Shown: in pieces, positions 9,573-18,455 of the stretch
Numbering within the stretch: the first letter of the stretch is position 1
Layout: every line of letters starts with the position of its first letter
IMG/VR virus record: IMGVR_UViG_3300030102_005689
Coordinates: 1-58,657 of that record
Origin: a virus
Taxonomy: Duplodnaviria > Caudoviricetes
Length of the DNA: 58,657 nucleotides
Direction: 5' to 3' (one strand)
The notes under the pieces: generated by a model
The model's input: only the letters and a program-made list of their open reading frames with translations
Databases searched by the model: none
What the model was told of the DNA's origin: nothing
Translations under genes and position numbers: made by a program

Positions 9573-10538
9573 ATGGCTCCCCGTTTAGGATTAGGTGGCG
9601 GTGTATCCGCTGACCCAGCGAGTGGGTTGTTTGCCAGCACACCATTGCTGTTGGACACTTACCCGAACGCTCACATAGCGTATTCGGTTCGTAAACTACG
9701 CACTGAATATACGGGTCATGCCATGAAGATTAGGGTTGATGCGTCACCTGACAGGGTAGCTGATGTAGCCTTTGACGATGACGGCTTCGTATCTGCCAGT
9801 TCAAAGGTATATAATAGGGATGACGGGGGGACTGAAGGGGTCACTCTTGCGGCTTTTGTAGATACAGACAATGAAGTTTATGTGCATACATGGTATGACC
9901 AGTCAGGTGAAGGTTCTAATGCAACTGATCGGGCGGCTGATTTTAGTGTGAGTGTAGACCCTGCAAACCAACCCAAAATTTACACCAGTAATAGTCTAAT
10001 CACAGATGATACTGGGTCGGGAACAGCAAGAGCTGCTCTACAATTTGATTCATCCGACCGTCTTCACGTCCCCAACGATGGGTTGAGTCTTGGATCAACT
10101 TCCGTATTCTCACTTTTTCGGCATAACAATACGAGCAATCATACAGCTTGGTCACTTGTCTATAGCGCAGTTCCAGCTAGATATTATATTATGTATCAAC
10201 TCAGCAGTGAACTGAAATGGTATTATGATAATGCCATTGCGACCTCACTAGACCTTAACCCTTCCGGCTCTGGAATTCCTAACATACGGAGATTAGTTTC
10301 AACATTAGCTGGCTCTTCTGCTCAAACTATGATCGTCAATGGGACTACCATTTCTGACGCTTCCCCAAGTAACGCTACAACCGCATTAGCTGGCCACGTT
10401 TCGTATTCGGCTCTAGGTTTTTCCTTCACCTCTGGTCTTACAGGTTTTATGCAGGAGTTCATCGTTTACGACTCCGATCAGACATCGAACAGTGCAGGGA
10501 TTACATCTGCAATAAACACCGTTATGGAGGTATACTAA
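9573..10538 (+). CDS. Tail or receptor-binding protein with concanavalin/LamG-like (arabinofuranosidase-B-like) domain
   Basis: AYSVRKLRTEYTG...WYDQSG...NQPKI...GFMQEFIVY motifs. Confidence 0.7.
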   Translation: MAPRLGLGGGVSADPASGLFASTPLLLDTYPNAHIAYSVRKLRTEYTGHAMKIRVDASPDRVADVAFDDDGFVSASSKVYNRDDGGTEGVTLAAFVDTDNEVYVHTWYDQSGEGSNATDRAADFSVSVDPANQPKIYTSNSLITDDTGSGTARAALQFDSSDRLHVPNDGLSLGSTSVFSLFRHNNTSNHTAWSLVYSAVPARYYIMYQLSSELKWYYDNAIATSLDLNPSGSGIPNIRRLVSTLAGSSAQTMIVNGTTISDASPSNATTALAGHVSYSALGFSFTSGLTGFMQEFIVYDSDQTSNSAGITSAINTVMEVY

Positions 10539-10771
10539 TGAATTATTTGATAATGGATAGTGAGCAGGAAGCTACCGCTCGTTCTGAACAAGCGGCGATT
10601 GACAAAAATATTACTGGTTACACCACCATTTGGGGTTTTATCCCTGACCACAATTCGGATAAAGCCGCTCTTTGTATTCATGGAGATTACCTCTACCTAC
10701 TAACAGAGGACGAAAAAGACTCTCTCGTAGATGAACTGCCCGAAGGTTGGATTAAAAACCCGTTTGAGTAA
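10538..10771 (+). CDS. Hypothetical protein, possible tail-fibre chaperone
   Basis: 77 aa, TAATG-coupled to the fibre-like gene. Confidence 0.7.
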   Translation: MNYLIMDSEQEATARSEQAAIDKNITGYTTIWGFIPDHNSDKAALCIHGDYLYLLTEDEKDSLVDELPEGWIKNPFE

Positions 10772-10950
10772 TGAACACCGGAGAAATCATAACCAAAGGA
10801 ACGACAGGCATCGCTGGCTCAGTTGTGGCGGTTCTCTCACCTTATCAAGAACACATGGAGTGGGCGATTCAAGTATTAGGAGGTCTTTTAGGAATTGCAG
10901 TGGCCGTTGTTTCGCTGTATCATCTGTTAAAGAACAAGAATAAAAAATGA
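10771..10950 (+). CDS. Small holin-like membrane protein, 59 aa (not in ORF track)
   Basis: MNTGEIITKGTTGIAGSVVAVLSPYQEHMEWAIQVLGGLLGIAVAVVSLYHLLKNKNKK; coupled to genes on both sides. Confidence 0.7.
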   Translation: MNTGEIITKGTTGIAGSVVAVLSPYQEHMEWAIQVLGGLLGIAVAVVSLYHLLKNKNKK

Positions 10951-11111
10951 GCAAAGACGCTATACTAGGAATCGTAAGACACATCCTCACCTTCGGGGGA
11001 GGCTTTATGACTCAGGCCGGAATCGCATCCGACGATCAGATCACAACTGGTGTATCAGCCATCGTGACCCTCGTCGGACTCGTCTGGTCGGTGCTGAATA
11101 AGAAGAAGTGA
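10947..11111 (+). CDS. Putative holin, 54 aa (not in ORF track)
   Basis: MSKDAILGIVRHILTFGGGF...IVTLVGLVWSVLNKKK; two hydrophobic segments and a basic tail. Confidence 0.75.
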   Translation: MSKDAILGIVRHILTFGGGFMTQAGIASDDQITTGVSAIVTLVGLVWSVLNKKK

Positions 11112-11293
11112 AGTTCTTCCGGTTGTTAACAACCGCACTGGAGGCTTACATTGCGTATGCCAACTGGCGTAAAAGAACCTACGTCTATGACCTGGAAGAT
11201 ACTGTTGATGCTTTGGCTGCCGATGGCAGTCCTGCTGCAAAGTTGCGCCTTGAAAGACTCGCAAAGAGACTTGAACGAGAGCGCGATGTATGA
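11108..11293 (+). CDS. Putative i-spanin (Rz-like) or lysis accessory protein
   Basis: GTGA-coupled to the holin; helical; overlapped by a lipoprotein ORF. Confidence 0.45.
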   Translation: MKFFRLLTTALEAYIAYANWRKRTYVYDLEDTVDALAADGSPAAKLRLERLAKRLERERDV

Positions 11294-11426
11294 CCCACCG
11301 ACAGTAACCCTTATCGAAGGGTTCAAGTATCCTTTTGTCGAAGGGACTTTGATGGGACGAGGGCAGAAGTTTCATTCGGATTATAGCTACAGGCGCGCTG
11401 TTATTATAGGAGGAAGCGGTAAATGA
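11187..11426 (+). CDS. Lipoprotein, putative o-spanin (Rz1-like)
   Basis: MTWKILLMLWLPMAVLLQSC signal peptide with lipobox-like Cys; starts inside 11108..11293 in the +1 frame. Confidence 0.55.
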   Translation: MTWKILLMLWLPMAVLLQSCALKDSQRDLNESAMYDPPTVTLIEGFKYPFVEGTLMGRGQKFHSDYSYRRAVIIGGSGK

Positions 11427-11977
11427 TCGCTTTATGTGTGGGTCACAGCAGACAAGGAGACAGTGGAGCTTATTCTGTTGATGGGACTCCTGAGTATGAC
11501 TACAACTGTAGGTTAGCCGAAGCAGTTGCGTCTAAGCTGTCTCAGGATATACGGGTGTATAGTTCTTACGAAGGCAATGGATACACCGGTGCGATGCGGT
11601 GGTTGTCCAAGAAGCTCAAAAGTGATGGGGCAGAATTTGCTGTAGAGTTGCATTTTAATGCAGCTGGTTCTTCTGCTACTGGCCATGAGTGGCTTTATTG
11701 GAACACCAGTGAGAAAGGCCGTCTTTTGGCTCGTTCGTTACGCGACTCAATGGAGGATTCATTTCCTCAATTAACGAGCAGAGGTATCAAAGCGCGTGGA
11801 AAAGGCTCCCGTGGAGCCAGCTTTTTACGCCTAACCCATTGTCCTGCTGTGATTGCAGAGCCGTTCTTTGGCACTAACCAAGATGATTGGCAATTAGCAG
11901 TCGAACATATGGAGGGGTTGGCTACTGCCATTACAGGTGGTATAGTTCTTTATAACGATTTAGCCAGCAGATGGTGA
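11423..11977 (+). CDS. Endolysin, N-acetylmuramoyl-L-alanine amidase (Amidase_3)
   Basis: VGH...E...ELHFNA...AVIAEPFF zinc-amidase motifs. Confidence 0.93.
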   Translation: MIALCVGHSRQGDSGAYSVDGTPEYDYNCRLAEAVASKLSQDIRVYSSYEGNGYTGAMRWLSKKLKSDGAEFAVELHFNAAGSSATGHEWLYWNTSEKGRLLARSLRDSMEDSFPQLTSRGIKARGKGSRGASFLRLTHCPAVIAEPFFGTNQDDWQLAVEHMEGLATAITGGIVLYNDLASRW

Positions 11978-11983
11978 TAACCT

Positions 11984-12292
11984 ATGAAACTCCCGAAGAC
12001 AGTCACAATCGCTGGAAAGCGGATTAAGCTGATTGTTGAGGAGTTTAAAGGAGCAGATAGTGGCACCTTTGGGGAATATTTTCATGATGACAAGCTGATC
12101 CAGTTGAACACTGGCTTAACTGACGAAGACGCTTTAGAAACACTCCGGCATGAGATGATGGAAGCCAGCCTTTTTATATCTGGATTAGCTTGGGCAGAGA
12201 GGTATGAGCAGGAGTCAGTGGTTCGTTGCATGGAAGAAATATTCTTTCCAGCCTGGGAAACAATTTTAAAGAGGATTCACCGAAAGAAATAA
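11984..12292 (+). CDS. Small zincin-like (ImmA/IrrE-like) protein
   Basis: G..F....IQLN...ETLRHEMMEA; HExxH degenerated to HExxE. Confidence 0.65.
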   Translation: MKLPKTVTIAGKRIKLIVEEFKGADSGTFGEYFHDDKLIQLNTGLTDEDALETLRHEMMEASLFISGLAWAERYEQESVVRCMEEIFFPAWETILKRIHRKK

Positions 12293-12301
12293 TATTTAAT
12301 T

Positions 12302-13426
12302 ATGGCTGCCAGACAATTTTTTACCCCACGAAACAAGGATCTCGCTAAGTCCGAAGTCGGGATTTTCATGACAAAAGAAGACCCCTATGGAGTGGGGGCA
12401 GTAAGTTCTGGCGAAGGTGATAAAGGTGGACCTTCTTTTGGAACTTTTCAAATGCCTAGTGTTCCCTTTACAAAAGGAGGAAAAGCAAAGGTTAGTCTTT
12501 TTGTGGAGCAATTACCTTCCTCTTTATCAATGAGATTTAAGGATAGAGCAGGGAAGTTTTATTCCCCTCAATCGGAGGAATTTAAAAAAGGGTGGCGGGA
12601 CACTGCGAAGGAAAACAACTTACTTTTTGGCCAAGCACAAGAAAAGTATATTTATAAAGGGGGCAAGGACTCCGTTGGCATAGAGGATTATTTAAATAAA
12701 TTTGAGGACATCACAGGCAAAAAAATGGAATCCCTTAGTCCTTTAGGTAAAGATCAAGTTGAGGGTACCTACAACCACATGGGGCATCTAGGACATGGAC
12801 ATGCTAGGGTTGCCAAAGAGCTAGAAGAAAAGGCTAAAAAGAATAACAAACCTTTTTCTGAAGAAGATTTTTTTCAGGCATTTATTAAGTCAAAACTTAA
12901 TTTATTAGAGAAAAATTTTATAGGATCAAAAGATGATTGGCCTGGGCTCAGGAACCGTTTTAACCGCGAGCTTTCTAAATTTTCCCCTAGAGTAGATACT
13001 CCCAACACATCTAGTGCCACTGAAATGGCTTCTGGTTACATGATTAAAAAGGGAGATACCCTTTCGGGGATAGCCCGTAAGCACGGAGTTTCAGTAGCGG
13101 ACTTACAGAAGGTTAATAATATTAAAGGCGACAGGATTCGTGCGGGAGACTCCTTGAGTATCCCTTCCCTAACAGATCCCCCGAAACCTCCAAAAAAGAT
13201 TCTTCCTGAAGCAGGGATACAGCATCAAATACAACAGGGGGATACTTTATATGACTTAGCGCGTAAGTATGGAACAACTGTAGAATCTCTCCAGAAGCTC
13301 AACAAAATTAAAGGAAGTAAAATACGGTCTGGCGATATCATACAAATACCTGAGCCAAGCCAAAAGCCTAAGAAGGTTTCCCCCGAAGTCTCGTTCATAG
13401 ACAGCATAGAAGAAAGGTTAACTTAA
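12302..13426 (+). CDS. Peptidoglycan hydrolase: VgrG3-C-like lysozyme domain plus two LysM domains
   Basis: GAVSSGEGDKGGPSFGTFQM; YMIKKGDTLSGIARKHG and HQIQQGDTLYDLARKYG LysM repeats. Confidence 0.85.
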   Translation: MAARQFFTPRNKDLAKSEVGIFMTKEDPYGVGAVSSGEGDKGGPSFGTFQMPSVPFTKGGKAKVSLFVEQLPSSLSMRFKDRAGKFYSPQSEEFKKGWRDTAKENNLLFGQAQEKYIYKGGKDSVGIEDYLNKFEDITGKKMESLSPLGKDQVEGTYNHMGHLGHGHARVAKELEEKAKKNNKPFSEEDFFQAFIKSKLNLLEKNFIGSKDDWPGLRNRFNRELSKFSPRVDTPNTSSATEMASGYMIKKGDTLSGIARKHGVSVADLQKVNNIKGDRIRAGDSLSIPSLTDPPKPPKKILPEAGIQHQIQQGDTLYDLARKYGTTVESLQKLNKIKGSKIRSGDIIQIPEPSQKPKKVSPEVSFIDSIEERLT

Positions 13427-13432
13427 AGCCAC

Positions 13433-13972
13433 ATGAGCCGCCCACGCAGAGGAAGAAAGCGGTTCAAGCATGTGGATGACCTTGCCGTCTTTACTCCTAC
13501 GGGTGATGACATAGCCCTAGCCCATGAACGCTCTTGTGCCATGGGCATTCTCCCTGGATCTTACACAAGAGGCATGGGAAACCTAACAGGCTGTTTGGGT
13601 GAGATCGCCGTGAATGCCTACTTACCCCGTAGCCGATATGTTGGTAACGAAATATTCACCCATGATCTTGTATATAAGAAACAGAAGGTCGAGGTGAAGT
13701 CCAAGACTTGTAGTGGGCAACCTAAGCCAGATTTCAGTGCTTTTGTTAACTGCAAAAAAGACATCACTCCTGAGAACGATGTCTTTTTCTTTACTCGCGT
13801 GAGGCGCGACCTTGCCAGGGTATACTTAGTTGGTTGGTTATCAACCCCTACTTTCCTTGATGAGGCTACTTTTAGAAAGCGCGGGGACGCAGATGATACG
13901 GGGTTCGTGTTTAAATCTAATGGCTACCAAATAAGCATAGGGGAATTAAACCCACCAAACAGTTTCAAATAA
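13433..13972 (+). CDS. PD-(D/E)xK nuclease-fold protein
   Basis: GxLGE...HDL...VEVKSK motif. Confidence 0.6.
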   Translation: MSRPRRGRKRFKHVDDLAVFTPTGDDIALAHERSCAMGILPGSYTRGMGNLTGCLGEIAVNAYLPRSRYVGNEIFTHDLVYKKQKVEVKSKTCSGQPKPDFSAFVNCKKDITPENDVFFFTRVRRDLARVYLVGWLSTPTFLDEATFRKRGDADDTGFVFKSNGYQISIGELNPPNSFK

Positions 13973-14231
13973 CAGTGTGAATAAATATTGGGCTGCACTC
14001 ATACTCTTCTGAAGCAGCCATAGTATTTTTCCAAAAGTATTCCTCCGCATCTTCTAACGACATACCTTGGTTCGTAAGGGTGTTAATGCAAAGGTCTATA
14101 CTGTAGATAGCTTTAGGAGGATCCAGTGAAGCCCCAATAAAGGCTCGGTCAAAATTATCTACGAGGATAACCTCCTCTGCGTCCTTCCCTAGTTTTTCTT
14201 CTAGGAACTCATTAACTTCTTCGGTTGTCAT
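13965..14231 (-). CDS. Conserved hypothetical protein (paralog of 22593..22865)
   Basis: DxAFIG...PP.A.YS...EA.E...PxF shared with the paralog. Confidence 0.8.
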   Translation of the reverse strand: MTTEEVNEFLEEKLGKDAEEVILVDNFDRAFIGASLDPPKAIYSIDLCINTLTNQGMSLEDAEEYFWKNTMAASEEYECSPIFIHTVI

Positions 14232-16405
14232 GAGGCTACTTTTTCTTTCATCTGTTGTTTTACTGGCTCCTTATCTATATCAAATTTCTCGTTCAGGTCA
14301 ATCTCCCATATCTTCCCGCCCCCAAATCCTATAGACTTTATGGGGCGCGCTTTCTTATTATTCTTGCTAGTCTCTTCGAGTGTTATAAAACCCCTGCGAA
14401 CAAACTCCATGTTTCCAGATACACCTATATTACGACCACCGTTAAATTCCAAAATACTCCCCTGAAACTCAGTAAGAGTTCCTCTCCAAACAGGGTTAGA
14501 AAAGTACTCCCGCGCACGTTTGACGAAGAACTCTACCAGTTCCGCTACAGTAGACCGGCTGGAATTATCATAAGCCGCTGATGCAATTGACTTATCAATG
14601 TAGCTATCTACCCCAAAGCGGGAAGACCCCTTTACTTCTTTCGGAACCTCCCAATCTAAAAGCCAACGAGCCATATGAGGCAACTCCTCTGCTATAGTCT
14701 GTTCTAGCTCATCGTTTGGGGGAAACTTTGTCCTTGCCGAATCACTCATGCGTAATGCCATTAGTTTGTCCCTGTTGGATGAATCTAGGCTTGGGATCAC
14801 ACTGAGGCTGTTTGCATCCATGTTCAACGACATAACGACACGGCCTGTCCATGGAACACTAATTGCATCAACATACTTTGCATGGTATTCCATCCTTGGG
14901 TTAGCTACGCATTTCTTTATAAGCTCTGTTGCCCTTCGTTGGTCTTGGAATGAGGCCGCTGAAGTGGTGTCGTCTACGACCCAGGCTGCCACTCTAGCAA
15001 GGTCTTTGTTGAAACTCGTTTGACCCGATAGGTAATCAGAAGCGTCAGCAAAGCCACCAACTAACGCTGATATAACTTTGTTTGATAACAGCGATTTACC
15101 AACACTGGTTGGTCCTACCAAAAGTAAAGCGTGTCCCTGTTTACGTTTACGCTCCAACACAGCTATATAGAACCGCTTCAACCAAGCAAAGAAATAAAAC
15201 ACGGTGCCATGTTTAACACTGTTAGCAAAAAGCTGATGTAGCCAGCTATGGAGGAATGGCCATTTAGATGGGTCACCATCGTCTGCTGGTTGAATAGGTT
15301 CTATGTTTGCATTATTCAATATGCGATGACTGTTGTAGTTAACAACTCTGTCTGGGCTAAATACAACTGGAGCTATTTCATCGATCCTGTTTTCATTCGC
15401 AATGGTCACTAAAGCAGTCTCTAGCTCAGATAGGTTTTGCCCCCTCCGCGCTCTTGGAGAAAACCCTGCTTGCCTTAACTCCAAGCAGAGTTGGTCTTTC
15501 GGTATTTGTTGGGCAGAGCCATGGAGTAATTTGAAGTGCATTTTTCCATTAAACCAGTAATGGTCTAAAAGGCTCCCCATTTTCTTAACTTCATAATCCT
15601 TGACGAAGTCTGCCCCAAATATCTCTGACCAAGACATAAAGCCTTTACCGGCTCTATCGCTATAGCAAATCATACCCTCTTCAGAGACTTGGCACCCGAC
15701 ACGGTCAATGCCGTCATCTAGCCAAAACAAAGGGCCACGCGATCCTACTGCAAATTCCCCGTCCCATCTGTTAGGGAATACTTTATGAACTTCCTGCTCA
15801 ACAACATCAATGGGGATAGATGTCTCACCTGACTGCGGTGGTTTCTCGTTGGCTGCCTTCAATAAAACGGTCCTGTAAACCTCTTTAGGTAATGGTTCCC
15901 CTATCTTTACCCACTCCTCCCCAATAGCAAAAACTTGGCTCGGTCTATAAGAAGACTCATCGAACCCAGCGAACAGGCGACCCATCTTCAAGTGGTTAGA
16001 GAGTCTCTTGATAAATGTATCATACATATCAGGAGATATTGGCAACCGCTCTTCAAACTCCCACACCAATCGTATATAACCAGAGTAAGTCTTGGAATAC
16101 CAAGTAGGAGCCAAATCCTTGCATTGAGTTTTAATTAATGTCTCAACATCTTCCCAATTAACTGGTGCGTCATAGTCGGCTACTATGCCGTGAACCGCAT
16201 TTACTGGGTTGTCTTTATTAACTCTAACATTGGGATTATCTCCCTCACATAAAGTGTAAAAAATGTAGTCAGTGTCATCGTCCTTGCACCAAGTTCTAAA
16301 CTCAGCTTTTGACGCAAGTTTAGGTTTTTGGCAAGCCAATCCAGATATATCATCAGCTTTAGATATCTTCTTTTCCGTGAGGTTTTTAATGTATCGATAT
16401 TTCAT
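14228..16405 (-). CDS. Primase-helicase (AEP-like N-terminus plus SF3/DUF5906 helicase)
   Basis: ADYD motif; Walker A GPTSVGKS; SFNKDL...WVVDD Walker B; motif C SLN. Confidence 0.85.
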   Translation of the reverse strand: MKYRYIKNLTEKKISKADDISGLACQKPKLASKAEFRTWCKDDDTDYIFYTLCEGDNPNVRVNKDNPVNAVHGIVADYDAPVNWEDVETLIKTQCKDLAPTWYSKTYSGYIRLVWEFEERLPISPDMYDTFIKRLSNHLKMGRLFAGFDESSYRPSQVFAIGEEWVKIGEPLPKEVYRTVLLKAANEKPPQSGETSIPIDVVEQEVHKVFPNRWDGEFAVGSRGPLFWLDDGIDRVGCQVSEEGMICYSDRAGKGFMSWSEIFGADFVKDYEVKKMGSLLDHYWFNGKMHFKLLHGSAQQIPKDQLCLELRQAGFSPRARRGQNLSELETALVTIANENRIDEIAPVVFSPDRVVNYNSHRILNNANIEPIQPADDGDPSKWPFLHSWLHQLFANSVKHGTVFYFFAWLKRFYIAVLERKRKQGHALLLVGPTSVGKSLLSNKVISALVGGFADASDYLSGQTSFNKDLARVAAWVVDDTTSAASFQDQRRATELIKKCVANPRMEYHAKYVDAISVPWTGRVVMSLNMDANSLSVIPSLDSSNRDKLMALRMSDSARTKFPPNDELEQTIAEELPHMARWLLDWEVPKEVKGSSRFGVDSYIDKSIASAAYDNSSRSTVAELVEFFVKRAREYFSNPVWRGTLTEFQGSILEFNGGRNIGVSGNMEFVRRGFITLEETSKNNKKARPIKSIGFGGGKIWEIDLNEKFDIDKEPVKQQMKEKVAS

Positions 16406-18162
16406 TTTTCATATCTTTCTAATATTTTGCCTTCCGCTGCCAATGGGATATCCGGTATCCACTCTGGTGCCGTTGACATGCTTTCTATTACTTCTTTCAA
16501 TGTTGCTTCTGCTTCCTTTTCACTTGTCTCTATGATGAATTCATCGTGGACATGAAAAATTATATGTTTGCCCTTCTTGTCTATATTGAGGAGCATTTCG
16601 GCAAATATTTCCCGTGCTAACGCTTGAGACAAATTCTCAGCTAACAGCCCACCCCATAACCGAACCGGTATCTTCTTTGACCCCTTAGTAACCATAGCCA
16701 TGTAGCTACGTCTACCATTCTGCAAAGCGGTAGTGATTTTTCCGTAATTTAACGATCTACCAGTAGGCAGTGTAAGAATGAAATCTTCTTTCCGTGTATA
16801 GGCGACATGCATTTTCCGCTGCAGCGTGTTCCATAGCTTAACTACCTTATTAAGTTTGTACCTGTAAAGGTTAACCGCTGTCTGAGCCTCTTTGAGGGGC
16901 ATACCTGAAATTATGGAAAACTTATTTGCAGAAGCCCCATAACCACAACCTAGCACCATCTGTTTTACCATGTGCCTAGTTTGTGGTTCTTCATCTTTCA
17001 ATGCACCCTTTTCGGAATCCCACTTACCAAAGCGAATTGCAAAGGCTTCGTAAATATCTTCACTCTTTTTAATCTCATCTAAAGTTTCCGCATCTTCAGC
17101 CAACCAACAAAGAGTCCTAACTTCGATCTGTGAAAGGTCTGCAACAATTAATTTGTTCCCCTCTTTAGGTGATATAAGGCTACGCAAATTTGTCCCAAAC
17201 AAATCCCCACGGGGGAGATTTTGCAGGTTAAGGTTTCCCCCGGATCCTGACCACCTGCCGGTGTGCGCCCCGAAATACATCAAGCCTCCGTAGAACCTTT
17301 GGTCCGGTTGTGTCGCGTAGTCAAAACTCTCCAGCTTCCTTTTTAAGGCATTAATCCTCCTGTAGTCCCGAACTGACTCAATCCAAGCATACTCTTTTCC
17401 ATACTTAGCTATCCACTCGTTTGCCTCTTGATTAGAAAGAGCCAGGCTCGCGGGTGGCTCAATATTCAGTCTCCGGCATTCAGCATTAAACGCTTTCCTA
17501 GACAGTGGTGGGGACTCCCCTATCCAAGGGATTTGATTTTCTGAATCAAATAACAGTTTCGCAACAGACTCTTTTTGTTCTTTGAGTAATTCTAAATCAA
17601 TAGGAACTCCGCGTTGCACAATTCTCCTGCCTGTAATACTGATCTCCTTCTCTCTTTGAGACCAAGAACCTTCTAATTCCTGCCATAAGCGCAAGCACAA
17701 CTCGGAGTCTTTAAGGGCATACTCGCTGACCTCCTCTTTGAAGTCGTCAGGCATCGACTCCCAGCTTTTGCCTGACATATTATCCCTAGTTGTTTTATCA
17801 ACACTCAGTCCAAAAAGTTCCGCAGTTGATCCTTTTAGGGATCGGGGCAACCCACAGTAAGCTGCTAAATCTGCTGTGCAGTGCCACTCAGCGTAATCCA
17901 CAGAAGGCCACCAGTTCTGTGTGATCCCATATAAGTAAAGGGTCTCATCAAATGAGGCATTGTGGGACAGAACCCGGTTACCTGTTAAGGTCTGCCAATC
18001 AAAATCTTTAGGGTGTCCAACCCACTGTAGTCCATCATCTCCAACAACACTCATTAGATAAGCGTCAAAGTCAGGATGAGCAAAGTAACCCAAGGGTCCA
18101 AGTTTCCGTATAGAGCAAGTCTTATCATAGTAAGACTCATAATCTAGGGCATAGGTATTCAT
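16402..18162 (-). CDS. DNA polymerase family A
   Basis: 3'-5' exo LDYES/HNASFD; HTGRWS; motif A DLSQIEVR; motif B RxxxKQMVLGCGYG; motif C HVHDE; start moved to ATG 18162. Confidence 0.96.
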   Translation of the reverse strand: MNTYALDYESYYDKTCSIRKLGPLGYFAHPDFDAYLMSVVGDDGLQWVGHPKDFDWQTLTGNRVLSHNASFDETLYLYGITQNWWPSVDYAEWHCTADLAAYCGLPRSLKGSTAELFGLSVDKTTRDNMSGKSWESMPDDFKEEVSEYALKDSELCLRLWQELEGSWSQREKEISITGRRIVQRGVPIDLELLKEQKESVAKLLFDSENQIPWIGESPPLSRKAFNAECRRLNIEPPASLALSNQEANEWIAKYGKEYAWIESVRDYRRINALKRKLESFDYATQPDQRFYGGLMYFGAHTGRWSGSGGNLNLQNLPRGDLFGTNLRSLISPKEGNKLIVADLSQIEVRTLCWLAEDAETLDEIKKSEDIYEAFAIRFGKWDSEKGALKDEEPQTRHMVKQMVLGCGYGASANKFSIISGMPLKEAQTAVNLYRYKLNKVVKLWNTLQRKMHVAYTRKEDFILTLPTGRSLNYGKITTALQNGRRSYMAMVTKGSKKIPVRLWGGLLAENLSQALAREIFAEMLLNIDKKGKHIIFHVHDEFIIETSEKEAEATLKEVIESMSTAPEWIPDIPLAAEGKILERYEK

Positions 18163-18166
18163 ATCG

Positions 18167-18239
18167 AAAAGGGGCCCCAACGGCACTGAGGAAGAAAGCA
18201 TAAGACCTCAGTACCGCTGGAGCGGTCGGCGTACGCCGA
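18167..18239 (-). promoter_or_regulatory. Long RNA hairpin upstream of the polymerase gene
   Basis: Minus strand GCTCCAGCGGTACTGAGG/CCTCAGTGCCGTTGGGGC, 18 bp with 3 G-U pairs, then CCTTTT. Confidence 0.6.
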
Positions 18240-18244
18240 TGTGA

Positions 18245-18451
18245 TTAAGATTCAGAATCGACAAGTTCTAAAGAACTTTGTCGCTCTGCTCCTTTGAGAT
18301 GAACCACCTCTTTCTCAAGAGCATTGATTAAAACATCAAAGTCATTCTTCTGACGTTCCATGACGTTAATCTGCTCTGTGTATTCATCTTGGAGCTTTTT
18401 AAGCTCCTCGATGTGCCTCTCTACTGCCTCCAGTTCTGTTGATACTTCCAT
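18245..18451 (-). CDS. Small coiled-coil protein
   Basis: 68 aa with heptad pattern. Confidence 0.75.
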   Translation of the reverse strand: MEVSTELEAVERHIEELKKLQDEYTEQINVMERQKNDFDVLINALEKEVVHLKGAERQSSLELVDSES

Positions 18452-18455
18452 GGTT

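Noticed and set aside
18163-18201. N-terminal extension of PolA given in the ORF track
   Set aside because: Lies within the RNA hairpin; the exonuclease motif begins right after ATG 18162
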